A stretch of 64,000 bases of DNA from a bacterium (GCA_046485285.1 JAWOHE010000089.1:32449-96448), one strand, 5' to 3'. Shown: positions 8,396-17,965, numbered from the stretch's first letter. Program-made: numbers and translations. The notes: generated from the letters alone by a model not told the origin.

Positions 8396-9745
8396 ATGCC
8401 GAAGCGCAAGCGCGTCATCATCGTCGGCGCGGTCGGGATGGACTACCACGTCTTCAACACCTGCTTCCGGGACCGCGAGGACCACGAGGTCGTCGCGTTC
8501 ACGATGGCGGCCGAGCAGAACCTCGGGACGACCGGCGGGCTCCGGCCTTACCCACCGAGCCTGGCCGGCCGGCTCTACCCGAAGGGCATCCCGACGGTGT
8601 ACGAGCACGAGCTCGGGCGGAAGGTCGCGGAGCTCGGGGCGGACGAGGTGGTCTTCGCCTACTCCGACGTGAACTACGTCTCGCTGATGAACTTGGCGGC
8701 CGAGGCGCTGGCGGCCGGGGCGGACTGGCGGCTGATCGCGCCGCGGTTCACCCAGCTCAGGGCCGGGAAGCCGGTCATCGCGGTCTGCGCGGTCCGGACC
8801 GGCTGCGGCAAGAGCCAGACGTCGCGGCGGGTCTACGAGGTCGTCCAGGGGCTCGGGCGCAAGCCGGTCGCGGTGCGCGAGCCGATGCCCTACGGCGACC
8901 TCGAGAAGATGGTCTGGCAGCGGTTCGCGAGCTACGAGGACCTCGACCGGGCCGGCGCGACGATCGAGGAGCGCGAGGAGTACGAGCCCTACGTCGAGAA
9001 CGGGATGGTCATCTACGCCGGCGTCGACTACGCGGAAATCCTCCGGCGGGCCGAGGCCGAGGCCGACGTCATCGTCTTCGACGGCGGCAACAACGAGGTG
9101 TCCTTCTTCCGGCCCGACCTGCTCATCGTCGTCACCGACCCCCTGCGCGCCGACCACGGCACCCAGTACCACCCGGGCGAGGTCAACCTCCGGATGGCCG
9201 ACGTCGTGGTCATAAACAAGGAGGACTCGGCGACCAAGGCGCAGGTCGCCGAGGTCGAGCTGAATGCGCTCCACGTCAACCCGGGTGCGGTCATCGTCCA
9301 CGCCGACTCGCCGCTCGAGGTCGCCGACCCGGCGGCGATCAGGGGCAGGCGGGTGCTGGTCGTCGAGGACGGGCCGACCGTCACCCACGGCGGGATGGCG
9401 TTCGGCGCGGGCCGGATCGCGGCCGAGCGGTTCGGCGCGGCGGCGATCATCGACCCGCGGCCGTACGCGACCGGCTCGCTTCGCCGGGAGCTCGACCACT
9501 CGACGCACCTGACCGACGTCCTGCCGGCGATGGGCTACTCGAAGGAGCAGCTCACCGAGCTCGAGCAGGCGATCAACGCGGCGGACTGTCACGTTGTCGT
9601 GTCGGGCACGCCGATTGACCTCGGCCGCATCATCAAGGCCAACAAGCCGATCATCCGGGTCCGCTATTCGCTCGCCGAGAAGAGCAGTCCCGACCTCGCG
9701 GCGCTGGTCGAGCGGAAGCTCAGGGAGCTCGGCGCGCTGAAGTAA
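8396..9745 (+). CDS. P-loop NTPase, cyclic 2,3-diphosphoglycerate synthetase-like family (assignment tentative)
   Basis: 449 aa. Walker A 'VRTGCGKSQTS'. Rossmann-like N-terminus 'RVIIVGAVGMDYHVFN'. Begins 26 nt after rocA. Confidence 0.4.
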   Translation: MPKRKRVIIVGAVGMDYHVFNTCFRDREDHEVVAFTMAAEQNLGTTGGLRPYPPSLAGRLYPKGIPTVYEHELGRKVAELGADEVVFAYSDVNYVSLMNLAAEALAAGADWRLIAPRFTQLRAGKPVIAVCAVRTGCGKSQTSRRVYEVVQGLGRKPVAVREPMPYGDLEKMVWQRFASYEDLDRAGATIEEREEYEPYVENGMVIYAGVDYAEILRRAEAEADVIVFDGGNNEVSFFRPDLLIVVTDPLRADHGTQYHPGEVNLRMADVVVINKEDSATKAQVAEVELNALHVNPGAVIVHADSPLEVADPAAIRGRRVLVVEDGPTVTHGGMAFGAGRIAAERFGAAAIIDPRPYATGSLRRELDHSTHLTDVLPAMGYSKEQLTELEQAINAADCHVVVSGTPIDLGRIIKANKPIIRVRYSLAEKSSPDLAALVERKLRELGALK

Positions 9746-9819
9746 CGCCGAGGCGGGGACAGCTGGGAAGCGAGCCCGGTCCGGCCCGGCCGGCGGCCGG
9801 TTCCCGCTGGCGCGCGGCG

Positions 9820-10311
9820 GTGACGGTCGTCGCGTGGCTGTTGATTCTCCAGGCCGGGTTCGGTGCGGCCGGCAGCGGCATCGAGTTCGCGCTCAGGCCC
9901 CTGCTCGTGCCGCCGGAGGCGCGGGCGCTCGACGTGCCGGGCGCGGAGGAGCTCGTCCCCGGCTACCGCGTCCTTTCGCCACTGGTCCGGCTGCTCGAGG
10001 CGTTGATCTGGGCCGGGCTGGCGTTCAATGCCGCGCTCCTCGCCGGCGCGGTCGGGCTGCTCCGGCGCCGGAAGTGGGGTTGGTACGCGGTCGTCGTGCT
10101 CCACATCCTCGCCGCGGGCGGGCTGTTCACGGTCCTGCCGACCGCGTTCGGCGGCGTCCTCGGGGTGGCCGCGCCTGGCGCCTCGCCGTTCCTGCCCTGG
10201 CTCCTGTCCGGCCTCGCGGTCCTGCCCGCGCTGGTGCTGATCGGTTTCCTCCTGCTCGACCCGGTCGTCGGCCAGTTCGAGGCGGGCGGCGAGCCCGCGC
10301 CGCCGGCTTGA
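9820..10311 (+). CDS. hypothetical polytopic membrane protein
   Basis: 163 aa with four hydrophobic segments. Confidence 0.45.
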   Translation: MTVVAWLLILQAGFGAAGSGIEFALRPLLVPPEARALDVPGAEELVPGYRVLSPLVRLLEALIWAGLAFNAALLAGAVGLLRRRKWGWYAVVVLHILAAGGLFTVLPTAFGGVLGVAAPGASPFLPWLLSGLAVLPALVLIGFLLLDPVVGQFEAGGEPAPPA

Positions 10312-10343
10312 CTTGGCTGATGGTTCGGGCATAGTGACGTGCG

Positions 10344-11945
10344 ATGACACGGCTACCCGAGCACGAGTACTGCGTCGTCCGGGCGCTGGAGCCGGGCGAA
10401 AGCGTGGCCCTTGACGAACTGCTTCGGCGGATCGCCGGACTGGCGTCCGCCGACGCGGCGCTGGTCGTCCAGTCGCTCTACCGGGACGACAGGAAGCTCA
10501 AGGACGCGGCGCTCGCGGACCAGGCGTACGTGATGGCGGGCGCGAAGGCCCTGGCCGACCGCGGGCTGCTGACCATCGCCGAGACGCCCGACGAGGAGTT
10601 GAGCCTGGTCGAGGACGGCGGGCTCGAGGTGGAGGAGTTCGGCCTGCCCGAGCGCCGGGCGCTGAAGAGGATTGTCGAGCACGGCGGCAAGGTGTCTTTC
10701 CAGGAACTGCCGCAACTGCTGGGCAAGGACGACGTCCGGTCCGAGGTGAAGTGGCTGACGAAGAAGGGCTGGTGTCGCCGGGACGCCGGCACGCTCGAGG
10801 CAACCGAGGCCGGACGGCAGACGCTGGGCTCGGTCGCGCAGGACGCTGATGAGCTCCTGCTGTGGGAGCTCCGTGACCACAACGCAAGGATGCTCACCTC
10901 TGAGGTCACGCGGGCGGACGTCAAGAGGGCGCTCGAGCTCCTGCGCGGCCGCGACGACATCCTGAAGAGAAGGAAGCGCACGAGGCGGACGCTGGCACTG
11001 ACCGGGCTGGGAGCCGAGCTCAAGCGCGGTGGCATCGAGCCGGCGCAGGAGGTCAGCCAGCTGACCCCGGAGCTGCTGGTTTCCGGCAAGTGGCGGGAGG
11101 TCGTGTTCAAGCCCTACGACCCGAAGCTCGAGACCGCGCCGGCCTGGCCGGGCAAGGAGCACCCGCTCCAGCGGGTCATCCAGGAGACGCGACGGGCGTT
11201 CCTCGAGATGGGTTTCGAGGAGGTCGCGTCGCCGGCGATCGAGACCGAGTTCTGGGACTTCGACGCGCTGTTCCAGCCCCAGGACCACCCGGCGCGGGAG
11301 CTGCAGGACACCTTCTACATCGCCGAGCCGGCGCAGGGCCGCCTGCCGGCCGCCGCGATCGTCGAGCCGGTGCGGCGGACGCACGAGGACGGCGGTGACA
11401 CCGGTTCGACCGGCTGGCGCTACCGCTGGAGCGCGGAGAAGGCGCGCAAGCTGGTGATGCGGACGCACACGACCGCGGCGACGATCCGCGCGCTTGCCGC
11501 GAACCCGCGGCCGCCGCGCAAGGTCTTCAGCATCGGCAAGTGCTTCCGGCGCGACGACCTCGACCAGACCCACCTGCCCGAGTTCATCCAGATTGACGGC
11601 ATTATCATCGACGAGGACGCCAACCTGGCGACGCTGTTCGGCACCCTCGGCGAGTTCTACCGCAAGATGGGCGCGAGGGAAGTGCGGTTCCGGCCGTCGT
11701 TCTTCCCCTACACCGAGCCGAGCGCGGAGGTCTACGCCAACCTGCCGGGGCTGGGCTGGGTCGAGATGTGCGGCTCGGGTGTGTTCCGGCCCGAGGTGAC
11801 CCGGCCGCTGGGTTGCGAGGTGCCGGTGATCGCGTGGGGCGGCGGGCTCGAGCGGGTGGCGATGATGCGCTACGGCCTCGACGACATCCGCCGGCTCTAC
11901 TGGTCGGACGTCGACTGGCTGAAACGGAGCGAGCTGTGCCGGTAG
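10344..11945 (+). CDS. pheS: phenylalanine--tRNA ligase alpha subunit, archaeal/eukaryal type (long N-terminal winged-helix region)
   Basis: 533 aa. Class II aaRS core: 'HPLQRVIQETRRAFLEMGFEEV', 'FQPQDHPARELQDTFYI', 'RTHTTAATIRAL', 'GKCFRRD', 'EFIQIDG', 'GWVEMCGSGVFRPEV', 'AWGGGLER'. Confidence 0.85.
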   Translation: MTRLPEHEYCVVRALEPGESVALDELLRRIAGLASADAALVVQSLYRDDRKLKDAALADQAYVMAGAKALADRGLLTIAETPDEELSLVEDGGLEVEEFGLPERRALKRIVEHGGKVSFQELPQLLGKDDVRSEVKWLTKKGWCRRDAGTLEATEAGRQTLGSVAQDADELLLWELRDHNARMLTSEVTRADVKRALELLRGRDDILKRRKRTRRTLALTGLGAELKRGGIEPAQEVSQLTPELLVSGKWREVVFKPYDPKLETAPAWPGKEHPLQRVIQETRRAFLEMGFEEVASPAIETEFWDFDALFQPQDHPARELQDTFYIAEPAQGRLPAAAIVEPVRRTHEDGGDTGSTGWRYRWSAEKARKLVMRTHTTAATIRALAANPRPPRKVFSIGKCFRRDDLDQTHLPEFIQIDGIIIDEDANLATLFGTLGEFYRKMGAREVRFRPSFFPYTEPSAEVYANLPGLGWVEMCGSGVFRPEVTRPLGCEVPVIAWGGGLERVAMMRYGLDDIRRLYWSDVDWLKRSELCR

Positions 11946-13747
11946 TCGGGATACCGGTTGAGCGGCTGGCGCGGCTCGTCGGCCGCGCCGTGCCGCGGGA
12001 GGAGCTCCAGCACGCGCTCGAGCAGCTCGGCAACGACGTCGAGGGCTACGCCCGGGTGACGCGTCACGCCTGCGGCCGGTGCGGCGGGGTGGTCGAGCTG
12101 ATGGAGCACGAGGAACTGCCGGCCGCCTGCCCTTCGTGCGGCGCCGCGGCGAGCCTCGGCGCGGTCGGCACCGACGAGGTCATCCGCATCGCGCTCCTGC
12201 CGGTGCGGCCCGACCTCTACGACGTCGCCGGGCTGGCGCGCGCACTGCGCGGCTGGTTCGGAGTCGAGACCGGCCTGCCGGCGTGGCCGGTGACCCAGTC
12301 CGGCTTCCGGGTCGACGTCGCGGCGGGAATGGCGGAGGTCCGGCCGTACATCGTCGCGGCGGTCGTGCGCCGGCTTGCGTTCGACGACGAGACGGTGCGG
12401 ATGGTGATGAAGATGCAGGAGAACCTGCACTGGGCGCTCGGCCGGGACCGGCGCCGGGCGTCGATCGGCGTCTACGATCTCGCGACGGTCCGGCCACCGT
12501 TCCGGTTCCGGCCGGTCGGGCCGGACGAGCTCCGGTTTGCGCCGCTGTTCGGCCTGCCCGACGACCCGCGCGCCCGGCTGACCCCGCGCGAGGTGCTCGA
12601 AAAACACCCGAAGGGGCAGGCCTACGCGCACCTGCTCGCCGGGCTCGCGCGCTACCCGCTGCTCGAGGACGCCGACGGCCGGGTGCTGTCGATGCCGCCG
12701 ATAATCAACAGCGACGAGACGCGAGTGACCCGGGCGACGAAGGACTGCCTGATCGACGTGACCGGCCCGGACCAGCCCGCGCTCGATGCGTGTCTTGCGG
12801 TGCTGGTGACCGCGCTCGCCGAGCTCGGCGGGCGGATCGAGTCGGTCGCGGTGCGCTACCCGGGCGGCGAGGATGTCGCGACGCCCGACCTCTCGCCCCG
12901 GCCGCGGACGCTCGACCCGGCGGCCTGCGCGCGGGTCACCGGGCTCGCGCTCTCGGCCGAGGAGACCGCCCGGGCGCTCGAGCGGATGCGCTACGGCGCG
13001 CGCGCCGAGGACGGAACGGTGCGGCTCGATGTGCCGGCCCACCGCTCGGACGTGATGCACGACTGCGACGTGTTCGAGGACGTCGCGATCGGCCGCGGCT
13101 ACGAGCGGATCCGGCCGCGGCTCGTGCCGACGATGACCGCCAGCCGGCCGCTCGCGCGCGAGGAGCTCGCGGCGCGGGCGCGGCGGGTGCTGACCGGGCT
13201 CGGGCTGTTCGAGGTGATGACGCTGGTGCTGACCAACGCCTGCGAGCAGTTCGAACTGCTCGGGGTGCCGGAGCCGGCGCACCCGGCCGTCGCGAACCCG
13301 CTAAACGTCGAGCAGGCGATGCCACGCGCGCACCTGCTGACCGGCCTGCTGGCGACTTTCCGCGGCAATGTCACCCGCGAGATGCCCCAGCGCGTGTTCG
13401 AGGTCGGCGAGTGCTTCGAGCTCGACCCGCGGGCCGAGACCGGGTGCCGGACGATGCTCAGGGTCGCGGCCGGGGTCGCCGGCCCGCGGGCGGGGTTTGC
13501 CGAGGTGCGGGCGCTGGCCGCGGCGCTGGCGCGGGAGCTGTGCGCGGAGCCGGAGTTCGAGGCGGCCGAGCACCCGGCATACATCCCCGGCCGCTGCGCC
13601 CGCATCCTCCTGCCGCGGGCCGGCCAGCGCGGGCCGGCCGGGACGGTCGGGGAAATCCACCCGCAGGTGCTCGAGAACTTCGGGCTCGGCCAGCCGGTGG
13701 CGGTCTTCGAGCTTGACCTGTCTTTGCTGGAGGTGAACGATGCCTAA
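11936..13747 (+). CDS. pheT: phenylalanine--tRNA ligase beta subunit, archaeal type
   Basis: 603 aa from GTG 11936, overlapping the pheS stop by 10 nt. N-terminus 'VPVVGIPVERLARLVG' like archaeal MPxVxxxxxdLxxLxG. B3/4 and B5-like segments. Carries an inserted CGRCGG...CPSCG zinc ribbon. Confidence 0.8.
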   Translation: MPVVGIPVERLARLVGRAVPREELQHALEQLGNDVEGYARVTRHACGRCGGVVELMEHEELPAACPSCGAAASLGAVGTDEVIRIALLPVRPDLYDVAGLARALRGWFGVETGLPAWPVTQSGFRVDVAAGMAEVRPYIVAAVVRRLAFDDETVRMVMKMQENLHWALGRDRRRASIGVYDLATVRPPFRFRPVGPDELRFAPLFGLPDDPRARLTPREVLEKHPKGQAYAHLLAGLARYPLLEDADGRVLSMPPIINSDETRVTRATKDCLIDVTGPDQPALDACLAVLVTALAELGGRIESVAVRYPGGEDVATPDLSPRPRTLDPAACARVTGLALSAEETARALERMRYGARAEDGTVRLDVPAHRSDVMHDCDVFEDVAIGRGYERIRPRLVPTMTASRPLAREELAARARRVLTGLGLFEVMTLVLTNACEQFELLGVPEPAHPAVANPLNVEQAMPRAHLLTGLLATFRGNVTREMPQRVFEVGECFELDPRAETGCRTMLRVAAGVAGPRAGFAEVRALAAALARELCAEPEFEAAEHPAYIPGRCARILLPRAGQRGPAGTVGEIHPQVLENFGLGQPVAVFELDLSLLEVNDA

Positions 13748-14291
13748 GTGCCCGCATTGTGGAGAACCTTACCGCTACGGCCAGGAGAAATGCTACGCCT
13801 GCGGCGAGCCGGTCAAAGGCCGGGGTGGACGAGGCGCAGGCGCCGTCAACCCGCTGGTCTTCGTGGTCGCGGGCGGGCTGGTCCTGATCGCCGTGGTCGG
13901 CATCGTGCTGGTCTGGAACAACCGCCGGGAGGCGGCGCGGGAGCGGGCCGCCGAGATCGAGCAGCAGCGCGTGCGCGACTCGGTGCGCCAGGCTGATCTT
14001 GACCGGCGGTTTGCCCTGCGCCAGAGCCGGAAGGAGGAGGGTGTCGGGGCGGTGATCGCCGACCTCGAATACCGCCTGAGCCGGCTGACGAGCAAGGCCG
14101 ACCGGGGCCAGGTATCGGCCGAGAAGGCCGAGCTTGTCAGCGAGGCCGAGCGCCGCATCAACGAGCTCAAGGTCCGGCTCGCGTCGATGGCGGGCAAGTT
14201 GGAGGTGGAGCAGGAGGCGGCCGCGGATACGGTCCGGGCCCAGGCGGTCGAGATCCGTGACCTGCTCTCGAAGATCAGCCGGACGCGCTAG
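13740..14291 (+). CDS. zinc-ribbon / TM / coiled-coil protein, hypothetical
   Basis: 183 aa. MPKCPHCGEPYRYGQEKCYACGEP, then a TM helix and a long charged helical region. Confidence 0.5.
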   Translation: MPKCPHCGEPYRYGQEKCYACGEPVKGRGGRGAGAVNPLVFVVAGGLVLIAVVGIVLVWNNRREAARERAAEIEQQRVRDSVRQADLDRRFALRQSRKEEGVGAVIADLEYRLSRLTSKADRGQVSAEKAELVSEAERRINELKVRLASMAGKLEVEQEAAADTVRAQAVEIRDLLSKISRTR

Positions 14292-14300
14292 CGCCCGGGG

Positions 14301-14809
14301 CTAGAACGGCGCGAAGCCGGCCGCGTTCCAGTAATCGTCACGCAGGAGCCGGGACTGGCGCTCGAGCGCCGCGGCGTGACCTTCCTCCCAGCGGACCAGC
14401 CTCTCGAAGAACTGCCTGAGCTCGGGGGAGGCGGCCCGGGCAGCGAGGTCGCGGTAGCGGGCGATGCTGGCCTCCTCGAGCTGGAGCCCGACCGAGAGCG
14501 CGGTCATCTCCCAGTGCGCCTCGCCGATGCGCGACCGGAGCTCGTCGGAGAAGATCGGGCTCGGGCCACCGAGTTCGGCGCCGGTATCGGATATGAGCGG
14601 CTCGGGCGGGCGCCCGGCGGCGAGCAGCCGGTACTGCTCACGGAGAAAGTCGAGGTGCCGGGCCTCCTCGACGGCGAGCATCAGGAAGACCTCGCTGCCC
14701 CTCGGGTCGGTGGTCCTGCCGGCGGCGGCCGAGTAGAACTGGTTGCCGGCCTGCTCGGCGAGCATCGCTTCCCGGATGCCGGCGATGATACCAAGATCGG
14801 TTTTCACGG
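14301..14809 (-). CDS. ferritin-like / rubrerythrin-type diiron domain protein
   Basis: GTG start with AAGGAGA RBS 5 nt upstream. Paired ExxH motifs 'VEEARHLDF', 'QLEEASIARY', 'VRWEEGHAAAL'. Confidence 0.6.
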
Positions 14810-14887
14810 CAGTCTCCTTCGGTTCGTCGTCACGCTGAGTCCGACCTGAGGATAGGCGAATCGCGGCCGCGGTCAACGTCACCGCGC

Positions 14888-14916
14888 TTGACAGCGGCAG
14901 GCGGGGAGGGTAGCCT
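14888..14916 (+). promoter_or_regulatory. sigma70-like promoter TTGACA-N17-TAGCCT
   Basis: Read directly. Shares the TAGCCTGTT context with 2941. Confidence 0.3.
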
Positions 14917-14959
14917 GTTCGAGCCGGGGGGCATGAGTCCCGCCCGGCGGGAGGCAACA

Positions 14960-15610
14960 ATGAGATGCTCTGTCCTCGCCGCACCGCTCGCGTTGGCGTT
15001 CGTGGTCGGCTGCGGGACGATGACCGCGGTCCGGCCACTGCGCGCGGGCGAGTCGGCGGCCGCATTGTCGCTGGGCGGGCCGGTCGCGCGGGTCGCCGGT
15101 TTCGACATCCCGCTACCCTACGTCACCGCCCGCTACCGGTACGGCGCCAGCGACCGGCTCGGGCTCAGCGCCGGCTGGCACGTCACGCCGGCGGTTCTCG
15201 GAGTCGCGTCGTTCGACGCCGCGATGAGCTACGTCCTGCTCGACCAGCGCGGGTTCCTGCCCGCGGCCGGCGTCGCCGTCGGCGTCACCGCCCACATCGA
15301 GCCGGCCGGGCCGTCGCGGCTGTTTCCGAATCTCGACCTCGCGGCAGCCTGGCGCTACGGGGGCAGGTTCACGAGCTACCTCGGGATCCAGAGCATGTAC
15401 CAGCTCAGCCGCGAACCCTATGCCGCCTTCGCGCCGCTGGTCGGCCAGGCGGTTGAATTCGGGCGGTTCGGGCTCGGCGTCGAGGCCAAGTGGTACGCGC
15501 CGACGGAGAACACCGAGCCGCGCCAGGTCGAGTACCGGATACCGATCGCCGGCAAGGGCGCGGTCGGCTTCGTGCTCGGCGCGGACTGGCGCTGGGGAGG
15601 TGCGAGGTGA
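14960..15610 (+). CDS. hypothetical lipoprotein (beta-rich, possible outer-membrane)
   Basis: MRCSVLAAPLALAFVVGCG lipoprotein signal. 216 aa. Its stop overlaps the next GTG. Confidence 0.5.
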   Translation: MRCSVLAAPLALAFVVGCGTMTAVRPLRAGESAAALSLGGPVARVAGFDIPLPYVTARYRYGASDRLGLSAGWHVTPAVLGVASFDAAMSYVLLDQRGFLPAAGVAVGVTAHIEPAGPSRLFPNLDLAAAWRYGGRFTSYLGIQSMYQLSREPYAAFAPLVGQAVEFGRFGLGVEAKWYAPTENTEPRQVEYRIPIAGKGAVGFVLGADWRWGGAR

Positions 15611-16506
15611 CGCGGCGGCTCGCGGTGCTCGCGCTGGCCGGGCTCGTCGTCGTCGCCTGCTTCAGGCTCGACAGCTTCCTGTTCCACCCGGACCGGCTCG
15701 AGCGCTACCTCGTGCCCGAGGACGTCGACGCGAACTGGCGCGTGCGGTTCGTCATCCCGGACTCGCTCTACGAGGAGGTCGAGCTCTCGAGCACGGGCGG
15801 CAACCGGATCTACGGGTTCTTCATCCGGCCGGCCGAGAGCGAGAGGGGGCCGTCGCTCGCGAACCGGACGACGGTCATCTACGCCCACGGCAACTGGCAC
15901 TCGATCAACCGTTACTGGGGCCGGGCCGAACTGCTCTGGGAAGCGGGCTGCCGGGTGTTCATCTACGACTACCAGGGCTACGGCCGGAGCGAGGGCAGCC
16001 CGTCGGGCGCGGGCTGCTACGACGACGCCCGGGCCGCGCTCGACTACTGCCGGTCGCGGGACGACGTCGAGGACAGCATGATTGTCTTCTACGGCTGGTC
16101 GCTCGGAACCTTCATGACTTGCCACTCGGCCGCCGACCTCTGCCGCGATAGCGTCCCTTACCTCGGCGTCGTGCTCGAAACGCCGCTCGCCTCGATGTCG
16201 TCGATCGCCCGCGAGGGCGCGGTGCTCGACATCCCGGGCAGCTACCTGGCCGACGCCGACTTCGACAACGAGTCGCGCATTGGCCGTATCGGAAGGCCGG
16301 TGCTGCTGCTGCGGGCCGAGTTCGACTCGTCGTCGGTCTACGAGCGCAACTCGAAGCCGCTGGTCGAGACCGCCCGGCGACGGGGCGTAGACCTCGAGGA
16401 CCGGATGGTACCCGGCGCGGTCCACGACGACGTCCCGGAGGCGATGGGATACGAGGCGTACCGGCAACTGGTGCGGGAGTTCGTCAGCTACTGCGCAGCG
16501 CGCTAG
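15607..16506 (+). CDS. alpha/beta hydrolase (S9/BAAT-like)
   Basis: 299 aa. N-terminal TM/signal. 'VIYAHGNWHS', nucleophile elbow 'GWSLGT', 'YDYQGYGRSEG'. Confidence 0.7.
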   Translation: MTRRLAVLALAGLVVVACFRLDSFLFHPDRLERYLVPEDVDANWRVRFVIPDSLYEEVELSSTGGNRIYGFFIRPAESERGPSLANRTTVIYAHGNWHSINRYWGRAELLWEAGCRVFIYDYQGYGRSEGSPSGAGCYDDARAALDYCRSRDDVEDSMIVFYGWSLGTFMTCHSAADLCRDSVPYLGVVLETPLASMSSIAREGAVLDIPGSYLADADFDNESRIGRIGRPVLLLRAEFDSSSVYERNSKPLVETARRRGVDLEDRMVPGAVHDDVPEAMGYEAYRQLVREFVSYCAAR

Positions 16507-16530
16507 CGCTGAGCCGGCGGGCGGGACGGG

Positions 16531-16896
16531 CTAGAATGGCTGGCCGGTGCGCCGGTCGCGCAGCCACTTGAGCGCGGCGGCGTAGCGCGGGCTCTGGGCG
16601 GCCCAGTCGCGCAACTGGCGGCAGGGGAGCTCCGGGCAGTCAGAGCAGTGGTTGCGGCCGTGCTCGCTGGCACAGCACGCGAGAATCCAGCAGTCCGGGT
16701 TCCAGTGCTCATCGCGCGGGCCGTGACAGCCGGAACAGCGCACCTGCCCGGGCTCGACCTCGAGTTTGAGGTTGTCGCGGAACCATGCGGCGAGCCCTTT
16801 CTGCAGTTCGCGGTTGCCGGCCGCGGTCCGGAGCCGGCACTCACTGCAGTTGAGCCCGCAGCAGGCGATGGAATCGACCTTCTTCCGGGTCCTCAA
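16531..16896 (-). CDS. DUF3795-family cysteine-rich protein
   Basis: 121 aa. CCGLNCSEC ... CSGCHG ... CWILACCASEHG ... CSDCPELPC pattern. Confidence 0.6.
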   Translation of the reverse strand: MRTRKKVDSIACCGLNCSECRLRTAAGNRELQKGLAAWFRDNLKLEVEPGQVRCSGCHGPRDEHWNPDCWILACCASEHGRNHCSDCPELPCRQLRDWAAQSPRYAAALKWLRDRRTGQPF

Positions 16897-17009
16897 GACT
16901 TCTCAGTCGCGACCCGGTACGGGGGGTTGCAGACGCACGATATATGATAGCCCGGGCCGGGGCAATGTCCAATCGCCCTCCCCCTCGGCCGCCCCTGCGC
17001 CCGGCCGGG

Positions 17010-17200
17010 TTGACAGATCGGGTCGGACCGCAATGCTGGCGCACGATGATCAGGGCTCCCGCGTCGGACTCGCTCGAGCGGCTGGTCAGACCTTCGACCG
17101 CACCGTCGCGACGGGCAAGGCGATTGACGCGCTGGTGTATGAGTTGTATGGGCTGACGGAGGAGGATGGCAGGATCGCGGAGGGGTTGGCGGAGAAGTAA
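17010..17200 (+). repeat. copy 2 of the methyltransferase-tail remnant unit (…IDALVYELYGLTEEDGRIAEG), frameshifted relative to copy 1
   Basis: Shares the TTGACA...GCAATGCTGGCGCACGATGATCAGGGCTC leader and tail with 3635..3830. A 1-nt indel (GTCGAGACC versus GTCAGACC) splits the reading frame. Confidence 0.5.
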
Positions 17201-17245
17201 TCGCCGGGACCGGGGGACTGGCCCCGGGTAACCAAAGGAGGAATC

Positions 17246-17790
17246 GTGTTGGTAATACATCTGACGATACCGTCCGGCCTGCTGGTGCTGGCCACGGTCG
17301 GCGCGCTGGCGCATTGCGACACGATGGGCGGACCTGTGGTCGGGGAGGCCCGGGATGCCCTGGCCAGGGGCAACGCGACCCAGGTGCTGAAGAGGGTGAA
17401 GCCTGAAGCCGAACCATAGGTGACGGCCGCATTCGAGAAGGCCCGGGCCGTGCGCACGAAGGGCAAGGACGCGCAGGAGCTTGCGGACAGGCACTTCCTC
17501 GAGACGCTCGTCCGCGTCCACCGCGCGGGCGAGGGCGCTCCATACACCGGGCTCAAGGATGAGCCGGTGGAGCCGATTGTCGCCAGGACCGACGAGGCCC
17601 TGACCGCAGGATCCGTTGGCGAGGTAATCGGCCTGCTTACCGCCGCCCTTGAATAGGGCGGCCGCGCGGCAGAACGAGAGCGTGGCGTTGGGCCGGGGGT
17701 ACGTCGAGGCGTATGTCGAGTTCGCGCACTACGTCGAGCGCCTGCACCGTGACATCAAGTCCGGGGCCGCACACACCCACGAGCACTAGG
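17246..17790 (+). pseudogene. disrupted DUF6448-family gene (HCDTMGGPVV ... HRAGEGAPYTGLK ... YVEAYVEFAHYVE)
   Basis: Three collinear protein-like segments. Segments 1 and 2 are in the same frame but separated by TAG 17417-17419. Segment 3 (GTG 17682..17790) is in the +1 frame. DUF6448 proteins are ~190-aa single polypeptides with the HCDT motif, as recalled from Pfam. Confidence 0.4.
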
Positions 17791-17859
17791 ATGGGAAGGC
17801 AACGCGGGTCAGCGGCGCGCTGACCCGCTGAGCCCGGCGGGCGGGTGGCCGCCAGGCCC

Positions 17860-17965
17860 ACTGAACCGGGCCCGCACCGTACCCCCACCCGCACTCCCAG
17901 TGCTACTCCCCCAGTAACTCCCAGGGTTACTGGGGGAGCAATACCGGGTATGGGGGGAGGGTAGG
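17860..17965. repeat. GC-rich dispersed repeat with 13-bp perfect hairpin (CTCCCCCAGTAAC-tcccagg-GTTACTGGGGGAG)
   Basis: Read directly. Homologous to 58975..59060 and shares the ggagtgcgggtgggg core with 33542. Confidence 0.45.
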
